From positions 5,208,001-5,272,000 of the forward strand of contig JAWMAR010000050.1 of the NCBI GenBank assembly GCA_036785375.1: a DNA stretch of 64,000 nucleotides, written 5' to 3'. Origin of the DNA: Leucoraja ocellata (Eukaryota). Positions 1 through 11,861 of the stretch are shown here, one piece after another. The position numbers and the translations under genes are program-made. Every line of letters starts with the position of its first letter. Position 1 is the first letter of the stretch. Below the pieces are notes generated by a model. That model was not told the DNA's origin. It saw only the letters and a list, made by a program, of their open reading frames with translations, and ran no database searches.

Positions 1-470
1 ATGCTGGTTTATATCAAAGATAGACACAAAATGCTGGAGTAACCCAGCAGTTCGGGCAGCATCTCTGGAGAAAATGGATAGGTGGTATTTCGGATTGGGG
101 TCCTTCTTCAGACTGAATATAGTAGGGAGAGTGGGGGGGAGGGAAGAATAAACTGGAAGAAAAGCAAAAAACAAAAATCATGACAAATCAGGGTCGGCAA
201 CAGATCCCCTCAGGCAAGGACGTTCCCTGATAAACTGACTGTTGACTGGAAACAGTTGTGACCCCAAGATGAATACATAGTGGCGAACTCTGGAACTAGT
301 TAGCCGACTTTTAGTGGAGAGCTGCGGGAGGGAGAGGAAGGGGGACCGAGACATTTGTAGAAGTTACCTAAAATTGGCGAATTCAACGTTTATACCGTTG
401 GGTCGTAAGCTGCCAAAGCGAAATATGGGGTGCTGTTCCTCCAATTTGTGTGCGGCCTCCCTCTGATTTA
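1..470 (-). mobile_element. Penelope-like element 3' fragment with terminal repeat
   Basis: 383-460 resembles the end of the GIY-YIG ORF at 30846-30930. A degenerate CTGAAGAAGG...CCGAAA terminal motif lies at about 87-116. Confidence 0.7.
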
Positions 471-1499
471 AATGTCCCAATAGTGCAATGCATTAGTCCT
501 TGGGAAATATGCATCCAATGGAATGTCTGAGTAGGGTGAGCTGTGGCTCTCCAGCTCTTCCCATTCATTTTCCTACACCACCTAAAGAGGCAACTTGATC
601 CACAAGCTGGCTCCTGTTCCTGGAGATCCTACAGAACATAATCTTTCCCATTCCAAAATTCTGGATGTGGAAGGAATTGCTGTGCCTTTATGGCAGTATA
701 TGGGACAGGGAGCCACAAAGTAGCTAGAGCTGAGTAATTACCCTTCAAAAAGCCTAAATCACTCTTGATGGGTTGGCAAACTCTTTTGTTTAGAATCCGA
801 TTAATCGATGAAACCGATTTACTCAAGAAATCCCATCAAATTCTATTGGTAAAATTATCAAAGTTAGTCTATTACAACGATTAAGAGAATTTTAGGTCAG
901 ATTGCCTAAATAGGCCAAAACGTCACCTATCCATGCTTTCCTGAGATGCTGTCTGACTCACCGAGTTACTCCAGCACTTTCTGTTTTGCTTAGATCAGAT
1001 TAGGTCTTTAACAATTGCAACCATTTTTTGGAATGGACTGAAAATAATATCCTCTTCATCAACACAAAGGCAGCCTATGACAGTTTGGAAAGGCATCTCA
1101 GTCAAACTTTGTAACCTCGTCATTCGTTGTCTCATCTAACTGATGATTGATATTTTCATGTCACTCTTAACAGGAAAACCAGTCACTAAAAGGATTGGTA
1201 TAGCAACTGCTCCATCCAGGATCACAGGAAATTGCAGAGTTGTGAAAGCAGCCCAAACCATCATTTCCCAGCCCCCACCCTCCAACTGACTTCATTTACA
1301 TTTCACACTGTCTCAGAGGAACAGCCAACAAAAGCAAGAAACATATGCACCAGTCATTCTCTCTTCTATCATATCGCCTGTCAGATACAAAAGCTTAAAA
1401 GCATGTAGCATTGGATTCGACCAGCTTCTTTCAGCTGTTATCAAACTCACAAGAGTTCAATCACTACAAAAATACACCCTGCCTATACTTCCTACGTGC

Positions 1500-1850
1500 A
1501 CACCCCCTCACACCCAGTCTCGTTACACACACTCTGCATACACCCACACCAGCAACATACACTGTCTGCACACCCACATCCTCACCAGCAGCATACACTG
1601 TCTGCACTCCCACATCCTCACCAGCAGCATACACTGTCTGCACATCCAGTTTTCACACAAATTCTCACCAGAAACAGACCGTCTTCACACCCAGTCTCTA
1701 TCTGCACACACATCCTGACCAGCAGCACACTGCACACTCGGTCTCTACACTCACACTGATCTTTAGCAGTGCACACATCCTCGCCAGCATCATACACTGC
1801 CCACGTCCAGTCTCTGTCCACACGCCCAGTCTCTGTCCACATCCCCAGGC
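1500..1850 (+). repeat. Degenerate CA-rich minisatellite in BNIP1 intron 1
   Basis: 36-bp unit ccacatcctcaccagcagcatacactgtctgcacac repeated about 3 times at 1545-1645, with looser copies on either side. Confidence 0.8.
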
Positions 1851-1959
1851 AGACACACGCCCGGCGCTCACACCCCGGCAGTGCCCATTGTTGGACGTCT
1901 CATCTTGATTTGGATGTTTTCGGAACGGAGGAAAACAAACGAAGGAGCCACGTCTTCAC

Positions 1960-2043
1960 CTGCACCAACGCTTTAATCTCCAGATCATATTTAATTATTT
2001 CCTGCGCACAGATCCTGACGTGAACATCCTGGGCCGTCGCCAT
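1960..2043 (-). CDS. BNIP1: BNIP1 (SEC20) first coding exon
   Basis: Minus strand from ATG at 2043 reads MATAQDVHVRICAQEIIKYDLEIKALVQ (28 codons), then donor CAG|gtgaag. Closely matches the recalled vertebrate BNIP1 N-terminus MAAPQDVHVRICNQEIVKFDLEVKALIQ, and lies downstream of CREBRF as in human. Confidence 0.95.
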
Positions 2044-2250
2044 GTTTTACCCAGGGACTACAGCGTCCGCCGCTTGCCGTCTGAAGGAAGTGTGCGGAGA
2101 ACGCACTTTCAAAATGGAAATAAAAGCGTGCAGCTGTTGAAATGCTGTGCAAAAAATAAAGTTCAGGAGTCCTGAACTCATCGAGTTCCTCTTGCACTTT
2201 GTTTCTCTAGCTCCGAAACGGATCAGAAGTGAAAGAGGCAACCTATGGCA
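2036..2250 (-). promoter_or_regulatory. Probable BNIP1 core promoter / 5'UTR
   Basis: CpG-enriched patch directly upstream of the ATG. YY1-like AAAACATGGCG overlaps the start codon; ETS-like GGAAGTG near 2086. No obvious TATA box. Confidence 0.5.
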
Positions 2251-2771
2251 TCTGGCCCCGTTTTATTTCTCACGAAAATGTGAATCCATTGGTCCTGTAC
2301 TTTACTTTTAATCATGGTTTTAAATAAAAAAGTTTGTTTTATATCTGAAACACATTGTATTTTAATTAGCAGAGTCGCATAGTGGTGAACTCTCAACCAA
2401 CTGCAAAAAAACAATTGCTCTCCTTAATTACAACACGCAAATAAAGATAATTCCAACCCGGGGTTCAAATAACTGGGTACAAAATTCGTGGTGTAATTTA
2501 AAAATACAAATAAAACATAAAAGGTAAGAGTTCACAAAGTTAGGGGATCTTTTGGTGAGCAAACAGGAAGCTCGTGTGCCACATGAGGGCAGGAGACTAG
2601 GCTCGATTTTAAATGAATACTTTACCCCTATCTTCGATGATGATATGGGTTTAACAGTTAACATAGAACCATAGAAAATAGATGCAGGAGTAAGCCATTC
2701 GAGCCAACTCCGCCATTCAATTTGATCATGGCTGATCATCCAAAATCAGTACCCCGTTCCTGCTTTTCCCC

Positions 2772-3375
2772 CTTCCTGAGAACATTAAAAAAGACTGGTC
2801 TGCCCCAACAGCTGCTGACAACCTTCTACCGCAGCACCACAGAGAGCATACTAACGTATGGAATCTTTGTGTGGTATTTCAGCTGCACGGAGGCGGAGAG
2901 GAGACCTCTTCAGCGCATCGTCCACAGAGCGCAGAAGATTATTGGGACACCGCTACCAGCCTTGGAGGGCATCTACCACACACGGTGCCTCAGGAAGGCC
3001 GTCAGCATCCTCACACCCTTGTAATGGACTGTTCGAGCTACTTCCCTCCGGCAGACGTTACAAGATCTTCTATGCCCGCACCTCCAGACTCAGGAACAGC
3101 TTCATTCCCAGAGCTATAGCGGCTCTGAACCGTCCCTGCTGAGTGCCACCCACCCCCATAGACTGTCTCCCTCGGATGTTCACTTCGCATAGTCACATCT
3201 GCACTTTAGTCTGTTTTACTGTTTTAATGTTCTTTTTACAAACCATGTTCTCGGGGTATCTAAATCTAAATTGTATTAGTTATTTAAGTTATGACATCGG
3301 ATGGAAGCTGCATACCAAATCTCGTTGCACTTTTGTGCAATGACAATAAAATATATTATTATATTACTATTATTA
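2772..3375 (+). mobile_element. Rex1/Babar LINE 3' fragment nested in CR1
   Basis: FLRTLKK...LTTFYRSTTESILTY...LQRIV and LLPSGRRY..TSRLRNSF.P.AI motifs; AATAAA followed by a (TAT)n tail. Confidence 0.85.
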
Positions 3376-4145
3376 TATCCCCTGATTCCTTAAGCCCTAA
3401 GAGACTGAAGAAGGGTCTCAGCTTGAAGCGTCACCCATTCCTCCTCGCCAGAGATGCTGCCTGTCCTGCTGAGTTACTCCAGCATTTTGTGTCTTCCTTC
3501 GATTTAAACCAGCATCAGCAATTCTTTCCTACACAGCTAAATCTATCTCTCTCTTGAAAACATCCAGTAAATTGGCCCCACTGCCTTCTGTGGCAGATAA
3601 TTCCACAGATTCACAACTCTCTGGGTGAAAATGTTTTTCCTCATCTCAATCCTAAATGGCCTACCCCTCATTCTTAAACTGTGACCCCTGGTTCTGGACT
3701 CCCCCAAGATCGGGATCAATTTTCCTGCATCTAGCCTGTCCAATGCTTTAAGAATGTTATATGTTTCTATAAGATTCCCTCTCATCCTTCTAGATTCCAG
3801 TGAATACAAGCCCAGTCGACCCATTCATTCATCATATGTCAGTCCCGCCATCCTGGGAATGAACATGGTGAACCTATGCTGTACTCCATCAATAGCAATA
3901 ATGTCCTCCCTCAAATTAGACCAAAACTGCACATAAAACTTCAGGTGCAGTCTCACCAGGGCCCTGTACAACTGCAGTAGGACCCCCTTGCTCTTAAATT
4001 CAAATCCTCTCACAATGAAGGCCAACATGCCATTAGCTTTCTTCACTGTCTGCAGTACCTGCATGCTTACTTTCAGTGGCTGATGTACAAGCAGACCCAG
4101 GTCTCGTTGCACCTCCCCTTTTCCTAATCTGAAGCCATTCAGATA

Positions 4146-4877
4146 GTTCAAGTTCACGTTTATTGTCACTTAACTAAGTGACAATAAACATTGAAATTTG
4201 AGTTACCATACAGCCATACTAAGTGAAAAGCAACAATACACACAGCTACATAAAATAAAATTTAACATAAACATCCACCACAGTGGAATCCACATTCCTC
4301 ACTCTGATGGAAGGCAATAAATTCCAGTCCTCTTCCTCCTTCGTTCCCCGTGGTCGGGGCCTTTAAACACTCCGCAGTTCGCCGCTGCTGACAGTCCGAT
4401 GTGCAAGCCCTCACGTCAGGATGATGGAAACTCCGGCGTTGCGACGGATCGAGACACTCCGCAGCATTGAACTCCCGAGCCGGCCTCTTCTTACCAGAGA
4501 CCGTGGCTTCATGGTGTTAAAGTTCACAGTCCCCCGCGGTCAGAGCACTTTAGCTGGCGATCCTCAGCAAAGGATTATCCGCTCCGTGATGGTAAGTCCG
4601 TGCCGCGCCCACGGCTTGCAGCTCTGGGCCGGTACCAAGGAAAGGCTGCACCACTCCACATTGTTAAGCCGCAGGGAGGGACTGAGATGCGACATGGAAA
4701 AAATCGCATCTCCGATGAGGTGAACGGCTGAAAAAAGATTCCCCTGACCCCCCCCCCCCCACATAAAACATACCCAAGAAATATTAAAACATACATTTAA
4801 GACATATTTCAAATAATAAAAACAGAGAAGGGACGAGAGACTGTTGGCGAGGCGGCCATTACGGGCAACACCCGGTG
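4146..4877 (-). mobile_element. GC-rich non-coding retroelement insertion, family uncertain
   Basis: Splits the CR1. Minus strand ends TGACAATAAA plus a GAACTT-type repeat tail. Similar architecture to 43434-44328 and 63470-64000. Confidence 0.55.
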
Positions 4878-5119
4878 GTAATAATCTGCCTTCTGATCTT
4901 GCCACCAAGCTGGACAAACTCACATTTATTTATATTATACCGCATCATGCCATGCATCTGCCCACTCACCCAACCTATCCAAGTCGCCCTGCAACCTCAT
5001 AGCATCCTCCTCGAAGCTCACACTGCCACCCAGCTTTGTGTTATCCGCAAATCTGGAAATATTACATTTAATTCCCTCGTCTAAATCGTCAATATATATT
5101 GTAAATAACTGGGATCCAG

Positions 5120-6690
5120 CACTGATATATATTATCTCTAAGTATCTTTTCCATTAATTTGCCCACCACTGAAGTCAAACTAACAGGTCTATAATTGCTA
5201 GGTTTACTCTTAGAACCCTTTTTAAACAATGGAACAACATGCGCAGTACGCCAATCCTCGGGGACTATTCCCGTTTCTAATGACATTTGAAATATTTCTG
5301 TCATAGCCCCGGCTATTTCTACACTAACTTCCCTCAATGTCCTAGGGAATATCCTGTCAGGACCTGGAGACTTATCCACTTTTATATTTTTCAAAAGTGT
5401 CAGTACTTCTTTTACTTTGAAACTCATAGTATCCATAGCTACTCTACTAGTTTCCCTTACCTCACATAATTCAATATCCTTCTCCTTGGTGAATACCGAC
5501 GAAAAGAAATTGATCACTATCTCCCCCATCTCTTTTGGCTCTGCAGATAGCTGTCCACTCTGTCTCTCCAATGGACCAATTTTATCCCTTGTTATCCTTT
5601 TGCTATTAATATAGCTGTAGAAACCCTTTGGATTTACTTTCACCTTACTTGCCAAAGCAACCTCATGTCTTCTTTTAGCTTTTCTAATTTCTTTCTTAAG
5701 ATTCTTTTTACATTCTTTATACTCCTCAAGCACCTCATTTACTTCATGCTGCCTATAATTATTGTAGATCCTCTTTTTCCGAACAAGTCCAATTTCCCTT
5801 GAAAACCAGGGCTCTTTCCAATTTTTACTGTTTCCTTTCAACCGAACAGGAACATAAAGATTCTGTACTCTTAAAATTTCCCCTTTAAATTTCCTCCATT
5901 TCTCTTCTACATCTTTCCCATAAAACAAAATGTCCCAGTTCACTCCTTTTAAATCATCTCGCATCTCATCAAAGTTAGCCTTTCTCCAATCAAAAATCTC
6001 AACCCTAGGTCCAGTTCTGACCTTCTCCATAATTATATTGAAACTAATGGTATTGTGATCACTGGACCCGAAGTGCTCCCCAACGCATACCTCCGCCACC
6101 TGTCCCATCTCCTTTCCTAACAGGAGGTCCAGCACTGCCCCTCCTCTAGTAGGTATCTCTATGTATTGCTGCAAAAAACTATCCTGCACACATTTTACAA
6201 ACTCCAAACCATCCAGCCCATTTACAGAATGTGTTTCCCAGTCTATGTGTGGAAAGTTGAAATCTCCCACAATCACTACCTTGTGCTTACTATTAATATC
6301 TGCTATCTCCTTACATATTTGCTCTTCCAATTCTCGTTCCCCATTTGGCGGTCTATAATACACCCCTATAAGTGTTGCTACACCTTTCCCACTTCTCAGT
6401 TCCACCCAAATAGCCTCCCTAGACGAGCCCTCCAATCTATCCTGCCAAAGCACGGCTGTAATATCTTCCCTGACTAGCAATGCAACACCTCCACCTCTTG
6501 CCCCTCCAATTCTATCACACCTGAAGCAACGAAATCCTGGAATATTTAGTTTCCAATCACAGCTCTCCTGCAACCATGTTTCACTGATCGCCACAACATC
6601 ATACTTCCAGGTGTCTATCCAGACTCTAAGCTCATCCACCTTTCTTACAATGCTCCTAGCATTAAAATATACACATTTAAGAAACCCCGT
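5120..6690 (-). mobile_element. CR1 LINE ORF2 fragment (APE endonuclease plus start of RT)
   Basis: Uninterrupted 552-aa frame with YFNARSI, ISETWL, GVYYRPP, VGDFNFP, GSSDHN, KSPGPD and NYRPVSLTSVVGK. Truncated at both ends. Confidence 0.93.
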
Positions 6691-6744
6691 CTCTTCTCTG
6701 TTTATTTCCTTTTTTTTCTTTCTCCTCTTGTGTCCGAGATATAG

Positions 6745-9700
6745 CAACCTTTTAAACGAACATCGGTTGGTGGTTTAGAAAACTCATACATACACCTTGT
6801 CTTCGGGTTTAAAGGGTCCTTCCTCCTGGTCCACCTCCAACAGCTTTTACTTTACCTGTTCATAAATAGACTTGTATATCATAATTAACTGTTTCTTATA
6901 CTTTTAAAATTCTATCTTTAACTGTTCCAAACTCGGTCCCTTGCAGGGACCTCTCCATTGTGCCACCTGCTGGTTAGTTTGCATGCAACATCTCTTTAGT
7001 GCCAATGGCAGGGCATCGATTCAATTCAACTTTGTAATTACACAAATCTTATTTATATTAACCTTCAATGTTACATTCATTCTTTCCACCATGCCTGTGA
7101 CTGCAGGTGTTACACACCCAAATGTGTATTTTACTCTAAGGGCCTGTATTGCCAACTTGACTTCTCCCTAAATGAAAACAACCCGTTGTCAAAGCTGATT
7201 TCTGTAGGTCTACCAAACCTCTTAATTACCTTATTCATCATAAACGACACTACAGTGCTCATACCTAAATCGATTCAGACTTACCCTAGACATAACAACA
7301 GGTTATCATCTTCCAGATGCTGTTCTGGCTGCTTCGTCTGCACTTTAATTTACCTTCTTATGTGCTTGACATGTGCTGCTAACTTCTGGTCTCCATTTCA
7401 CTGTACAATTTCAACATATTTTCCAATCTAGTCTGAACTATATCCTGCCTTTCCCAAGGTCATCATCCTCTGTCCTACATTCTGAAGTTTTTTTTATCTC
7501 TCTCTCTCTTACATTGCTTTTCACTTGTGGAACAAACCAACAATTCATCCATATCATCAAATACTTTCTAAGGGTACACCTTCCAACTCTGCCTTTATCA
7601 TCTAATTAAAACATGGGGCTAGTAATCAAAACCTTACGTTATTCCTAGCCTTTCTTGACATCCTCCTTTAAATCCCTTTCTCTCTTGGGGGCCCCAGTCC
7701 TGTTAGGGCTTATATCCAGACTAATTTCACTCCTGATAGGACTTTTTGAGGAAACATTTCCCAAAGACATTTATAATTGGCATGTAATTCTCTGGCCCTG
7801 CTTGGTTCTGTCATAGGACTCACTTGTGTCAGTTCATCACTTATTTCAGTCTTTTCAACCAGGTCTGTTGTTTATTGACAACATTGTCTTTCTTTTTCCA
7901 GCTTTCTTTTTTAAGCTTTTCCTGCTGGATTGCAAGTCTTTTTCCTATCTTTGCGATATTTCTCGACCACAGAGATCAACTGTTTGCTGAATCGGGGGTG
8001 GGAAATTAATGACAATCCCACCACCCCCTCCAATCTGCTTGACTTTAAGAAGAATGACATCCACCACAGTAGGTCATAATATAATGTTCATCAACTGGTT
8101 GCCTTCTATTTCGTGTTCATTTTCAACTCTCCACCTTTTCAGCTGGTTTTCCAGATAGGCTACATTATTTGCCTCTCTTTGTGTATCTCCCCTTTGTTCC
8201 TTGGGGTTCACCTTAAGTGGGTAACTTTGTCTGAGGGCCTGCCATACCCTCTGCCTGACTGTGTCAAACAGTATGCCATTGCTTATTACATTGTTTGCAT
8301 CAGTTTATACCATCCATCTTCAGTAGTTCTGTCACTTTAGTGATTCCTATCACTTTTACCAACAGTGCCTTCAAATCTTCCATGGTCAATAATCGTCCCA
8401 TGTTCTCCACCTCCAAAGCCCTAATCCATTTCCTCCCCCATCAGGGATATAGGGTGAGGTTTTGTTTTTTCTTAGCCCTCTCAGTTTATGGGTGCCCCAA
8501 GCGATAATCTGTGTCTGTCCTTCTCTTTCCTCTTTAAAGCAGTCTCATCACTTTATCCCTATGCTTTCCACTTTAATCCTTTCTGGTATGCCTTCTTTCT
8601 TATTCTAAACTCAATTTCTTGCTTCTCAAATATTCTAGCCTCCTTGCAAATTCACTCACCTTTCTTTTTAAATCTTCCATTGACTCCTCCTGCTTTATTA
8701 CTTTCACACCTGTCGTTTCCTACTTCTGTTATCTCCTAACTGCCTCTCTCTCCTTTCTTTCTAAACTTGAATGTTTACCATAAAACAACAAACCATAAAA
8801 GCTGGTCATGTTTCATCAATTAACTTATTTCCAATTATTTCAATCCATATTCACCACTATTTTAAATGTCCAATTCCTAGCACTAGTAACAATTTTCCAA
8901 ATTAACTTTACTGACAAGAAATCTAAAAGAACATCAGAAAAACCAAAAGCTGATTTTACAACTTCCCCTTTTAGGTTACGAGGATACAAACAGTTAATCG
9001 TTATCTTACAGCTGTTCGTAACCTTCCCCCATTGCTTCCAATTTATTTAAAGGAACCTACAGTGGAAATGTTTGATTCTGCTGTGGGTGGTCGTCTGTGT
9101 TCAACTCTATAATTTGTTGTGTTCTATTTTTATTTATTTATTTATTTATTTATTAACCTTTACAATGTGGTCTACAAGTGCAATAAACAAAATAATTATC
9201 ACATATATAAACTTCCTCTTTCATTCCAAACCGGTTTTTACACACAAATCACATTCGTTCTATTCTTACTTCAAATAAATTATTCAATTTATATAATTCT
9301 TATCTCCCTGCCCGACCTCTCCCGTCCGACAGAACATTCGCCCCAACGGACTATCGGGCAGAATGCGAGGACCCTCTTTCCTTGGTCCCTTTTTCTTAAC
9401 ACCGTGTTCATCATACCTGCAAACATTCGCCCGTATAGACCCCTGAATTCTTCAGGGTGATAACCACAAGGTCTTAACCCAAATGCCCGAGAAGTACTTA
9501 ATAGTCAATTTTCCTTACCCGGGTCCCGTGCACAGGAATTGCTCGATTGATCCCTTATAACCATATAACAATTACAGCACGGAAACAGGCCATCTCGACC
9601 CTTCTAGTCCGTGCCGAACACATAATCTCCCCTAGTCCCATATACCTGCGCTCAGACCATAACCCTCCATTCCCTTCCCATCCATATAACTATCCCTTCC

Positions 9701-9851
9701 TTTACTCCTGATTCCCTCTTGTTTCCAGAGTCTCTTGTCCGGATATCACTCACTCAAACGGCTGACGGCAAGCAAGGAGTCTGAGACCACTGAACTCAGC
9801 GGGGTGCACCATCCCTTCTTCCGTATACTCCCGCCAGCCATCCGGAGTGGG
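6745..9851 (-). mobile_element. Endogenous retrovirus internal region (leader, gag, RNase H, integrase), degenerate and internally deleted
   Basis: Manual minus-strand translation gives integrase KVIKRFGRPTEISFDNG (~7190-7240) and GMVERMNVTLK...DALPLAL (~7000-7095), RNase H tail KLAAH...SADEAARTASG (~7310-7385), and gag-like KWIRALEVENMGRLLTMEDLKALL (~8360-8430) and FDTVRQRVWQALR (~8230-8270). Many stops and frameshifts. Confidence 0.8.
9557..9695 (-). mobile_element. Short CR1-type 3'-end insertion in the ERV leader
   Basis: taaccatataacaattacagcacggaaacaggcc... is a CR1 3'UTR-like end with a short tandem tail. Confidence 0.6.
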
Positions 9852-9871
9852 ATCCCAGAACCGAGCCCCCA
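9852..9871 (-). promoter_or_regulatory. Retroviral primer-binding site, tRNA-Pro-like
   Basis: TGGGGGCTCGGTTCTGGGAT versus canonical Pro PBS TGGGGGCTCGTCCGGGAT; 4 nt downstream of the LTR's terminal CA. Confidence 0.8.
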
Positions 9872-9875
9872 AGCT

Positions 9876-10447
9876 TGTGAGATGCAAATCTGAGTGCTCA
9901 CAATCACGATGCCAGAGACAAAGTCGTGGAAACAAGGAACTCATTTATTTACGAGTCTGCAGCTCCCGGGTGTCTCTCCAACCGAGACACACTGAGACCA
10001 GGAAACCATCCTCTACTTATACAGCACCATTTGGCTGAATCAGCCTCCCCTTCTGGCTCCTTACAATCAGAGCACTGAGGTTTACACTCTAACCGGAACG
10101 CCTCATAATGTCACGCAATGCCTAGGGTACCTCCCAGATCATACTTTGCGTGTGCATTTAAATGAGACATCTTGTCATGCTGGGTGTTGTCATAATATTC
10201 ATGTACCTTATTAAGCATGTGCAGTACAGAGTAGTTCATGCCCTTTCCCTTAGTTCTCGTGATGTTCCTGCCGGACTGCTTATCTTCTAACTCTCAACCT
10301 TGAAATGTCACTACCTGTTCTCTCGCTGTTACTAATCTAGCCAAGCGCGGTCGGGTGCTTGCGTTGAAAGCTCACTATTATCCTACCTCAGCTATTTCTC
10401 AAGATTTCTAGTCTAAATCAACTATCCCTATTAACCCTTTCCTCACA
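9876..10447 (-). mobile_element. ERV 5' LTR (572 bp)
   Basis: Termini TGTGAG...CTCACA (short inverted repeat). On the minus strand TATAA (~10017-10021) precedes AATAAA (~9944-9949). PBS is adjacent. Confidence 0.82.
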
Positions 10448-11861
10448 TCCACCCCATTCCCTATCCTTTTGTACTCAACCCTTCTCATCCAACCAGGGCA
10501 TAGATCCTTGTCTTCAACTTCCACCTCACCAGCTACCATATTATGTGAATCATCCTTTATTATTTCTACCAAATTCAATGTGATGCCATGATCAACACGT
10601 ATTTATTACAAGTCTTGCTAACCATTCAGTGCTTTGGTGAGACCTACATACCATTTTTGAGACACAAGAAACTACAGATGCTAGTTTACAAGAAAACACG
10701 AAGAGCTGGAGTAACTCAGCAAGTCAGTCAGTATATTTGGAGAACATGGGTAGGCAACATTCCAGGTCAGGACACAACACAAAACATTGCCTATCCATGT
10801 CTTCCAGAGACCAACTCGCTGAATGACTCCAGTTCTTTGTGTTCTAAATACAACTATGAAAGAAGTGCAGAGATGTTCACTAGATTGCTTCTAGGATTAA
10901 TGGTTGTCATATTGGCAACTTTGAACATATTCTTTGGTGTTTAGAATCTTTAGATAAAGAGTGGCTCATTTGAGTCCGAGATGAGGAAGGATTTCTTCTG
11001 AATCAGCAATATGAGGCGACAAAGCTTTTAAACAAGTGATCCAATGATCAGATAAGCCATGGCTTTATTTCATGCAGCAAAGCTCACATCTGTTCCTTTG
11101 TCTTGTGATGCAATTTTGGTAGGATTAGAATTGAGGAATGTTTGGCTATTGATTTAAAATTTTCTTCAATTGAAACTAATGGTTATGGCACAAAAAATCT
11201 GATGTAAAACAAACTTGGTTCCTAATCAAGAGTTGGCAGTTAGGATCACTTTTACCAACTTTAAATTACATTTCACAAAATTGTTCATAGGAGTATTAAT
11301 GAACAAAATTTGAATATTCAAGATGAAGCCAAATGGCAAATCAATATACATTTTAGAAGCACTTCAAAGGAAAATAATTTTGTGGGGAAATTTCAGCTTC
11401 AGATTTTAAGAACTGAATATATGACTAACAGTTGTTACGAGAATTAAAATTAGGAATTCCCAAGTGGTCAAACTCTGGGAAACACATCTTAGAAGGTTAT
11501 CTGGGAATGGAGAGAAATGGAGGGAGTTCAAAATGGAGAAACACACTTTAAAACAAAATTTTCCTTAACTTACACCTGCTGTAAGCAGTGCTGAAGAGAC
11601 TGAGACATAACAAATTTGGATATGAACATCAGTGTTTCCAATGATCAATGGCAACCATTATGGAGGATCAAAGTATGTTTTAGACCAATCAAAGCCAAAG
11701 GTAAAAAATATCTTTCAAGAGATTTCAAAAGATGCGATAAAGTAGGAACTGAGTTAGACAATCTTACATAAGTGGAAATAAATTGCCAGAGTGGTAGTTT
11801 CCTGCGTCAGCAAGATTGTATTTTTTGCCATCCTTTTTGGCATCTTATTGCCATCTTTGGT

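Larger units (their letters stand above)
2662..5120 (-). mobile_element. CR1 LINE 3' portion, interrupted by two insertions
   Basis: ORFs 3543-3824 and 3825-4169 encode CR1 RT C-terminal motifs (LQLYRALVR.HL, LGLYSLE.RR.RG.LIETY, RVVNLWN.LP). Repeated tail near 2662; the element resumes at about 3376 and 4878. Confidence 0.85.

Noticed and set aside
595-645. Possible BNIP1 exon 2 (tgtag|GATCTCCAGGAACAG... on the minus strand)
   Set aside because: Translation DLQEQEPACGSS does not resemble the recalled BNIP1 continuation (DIRDCSGPL...).
1411-1908. 165-aa ORF with TPTSSPAAYTVC repeats
   Set aside because: Translation of a CA-rich minisatellite in BNIP1 intron 1.
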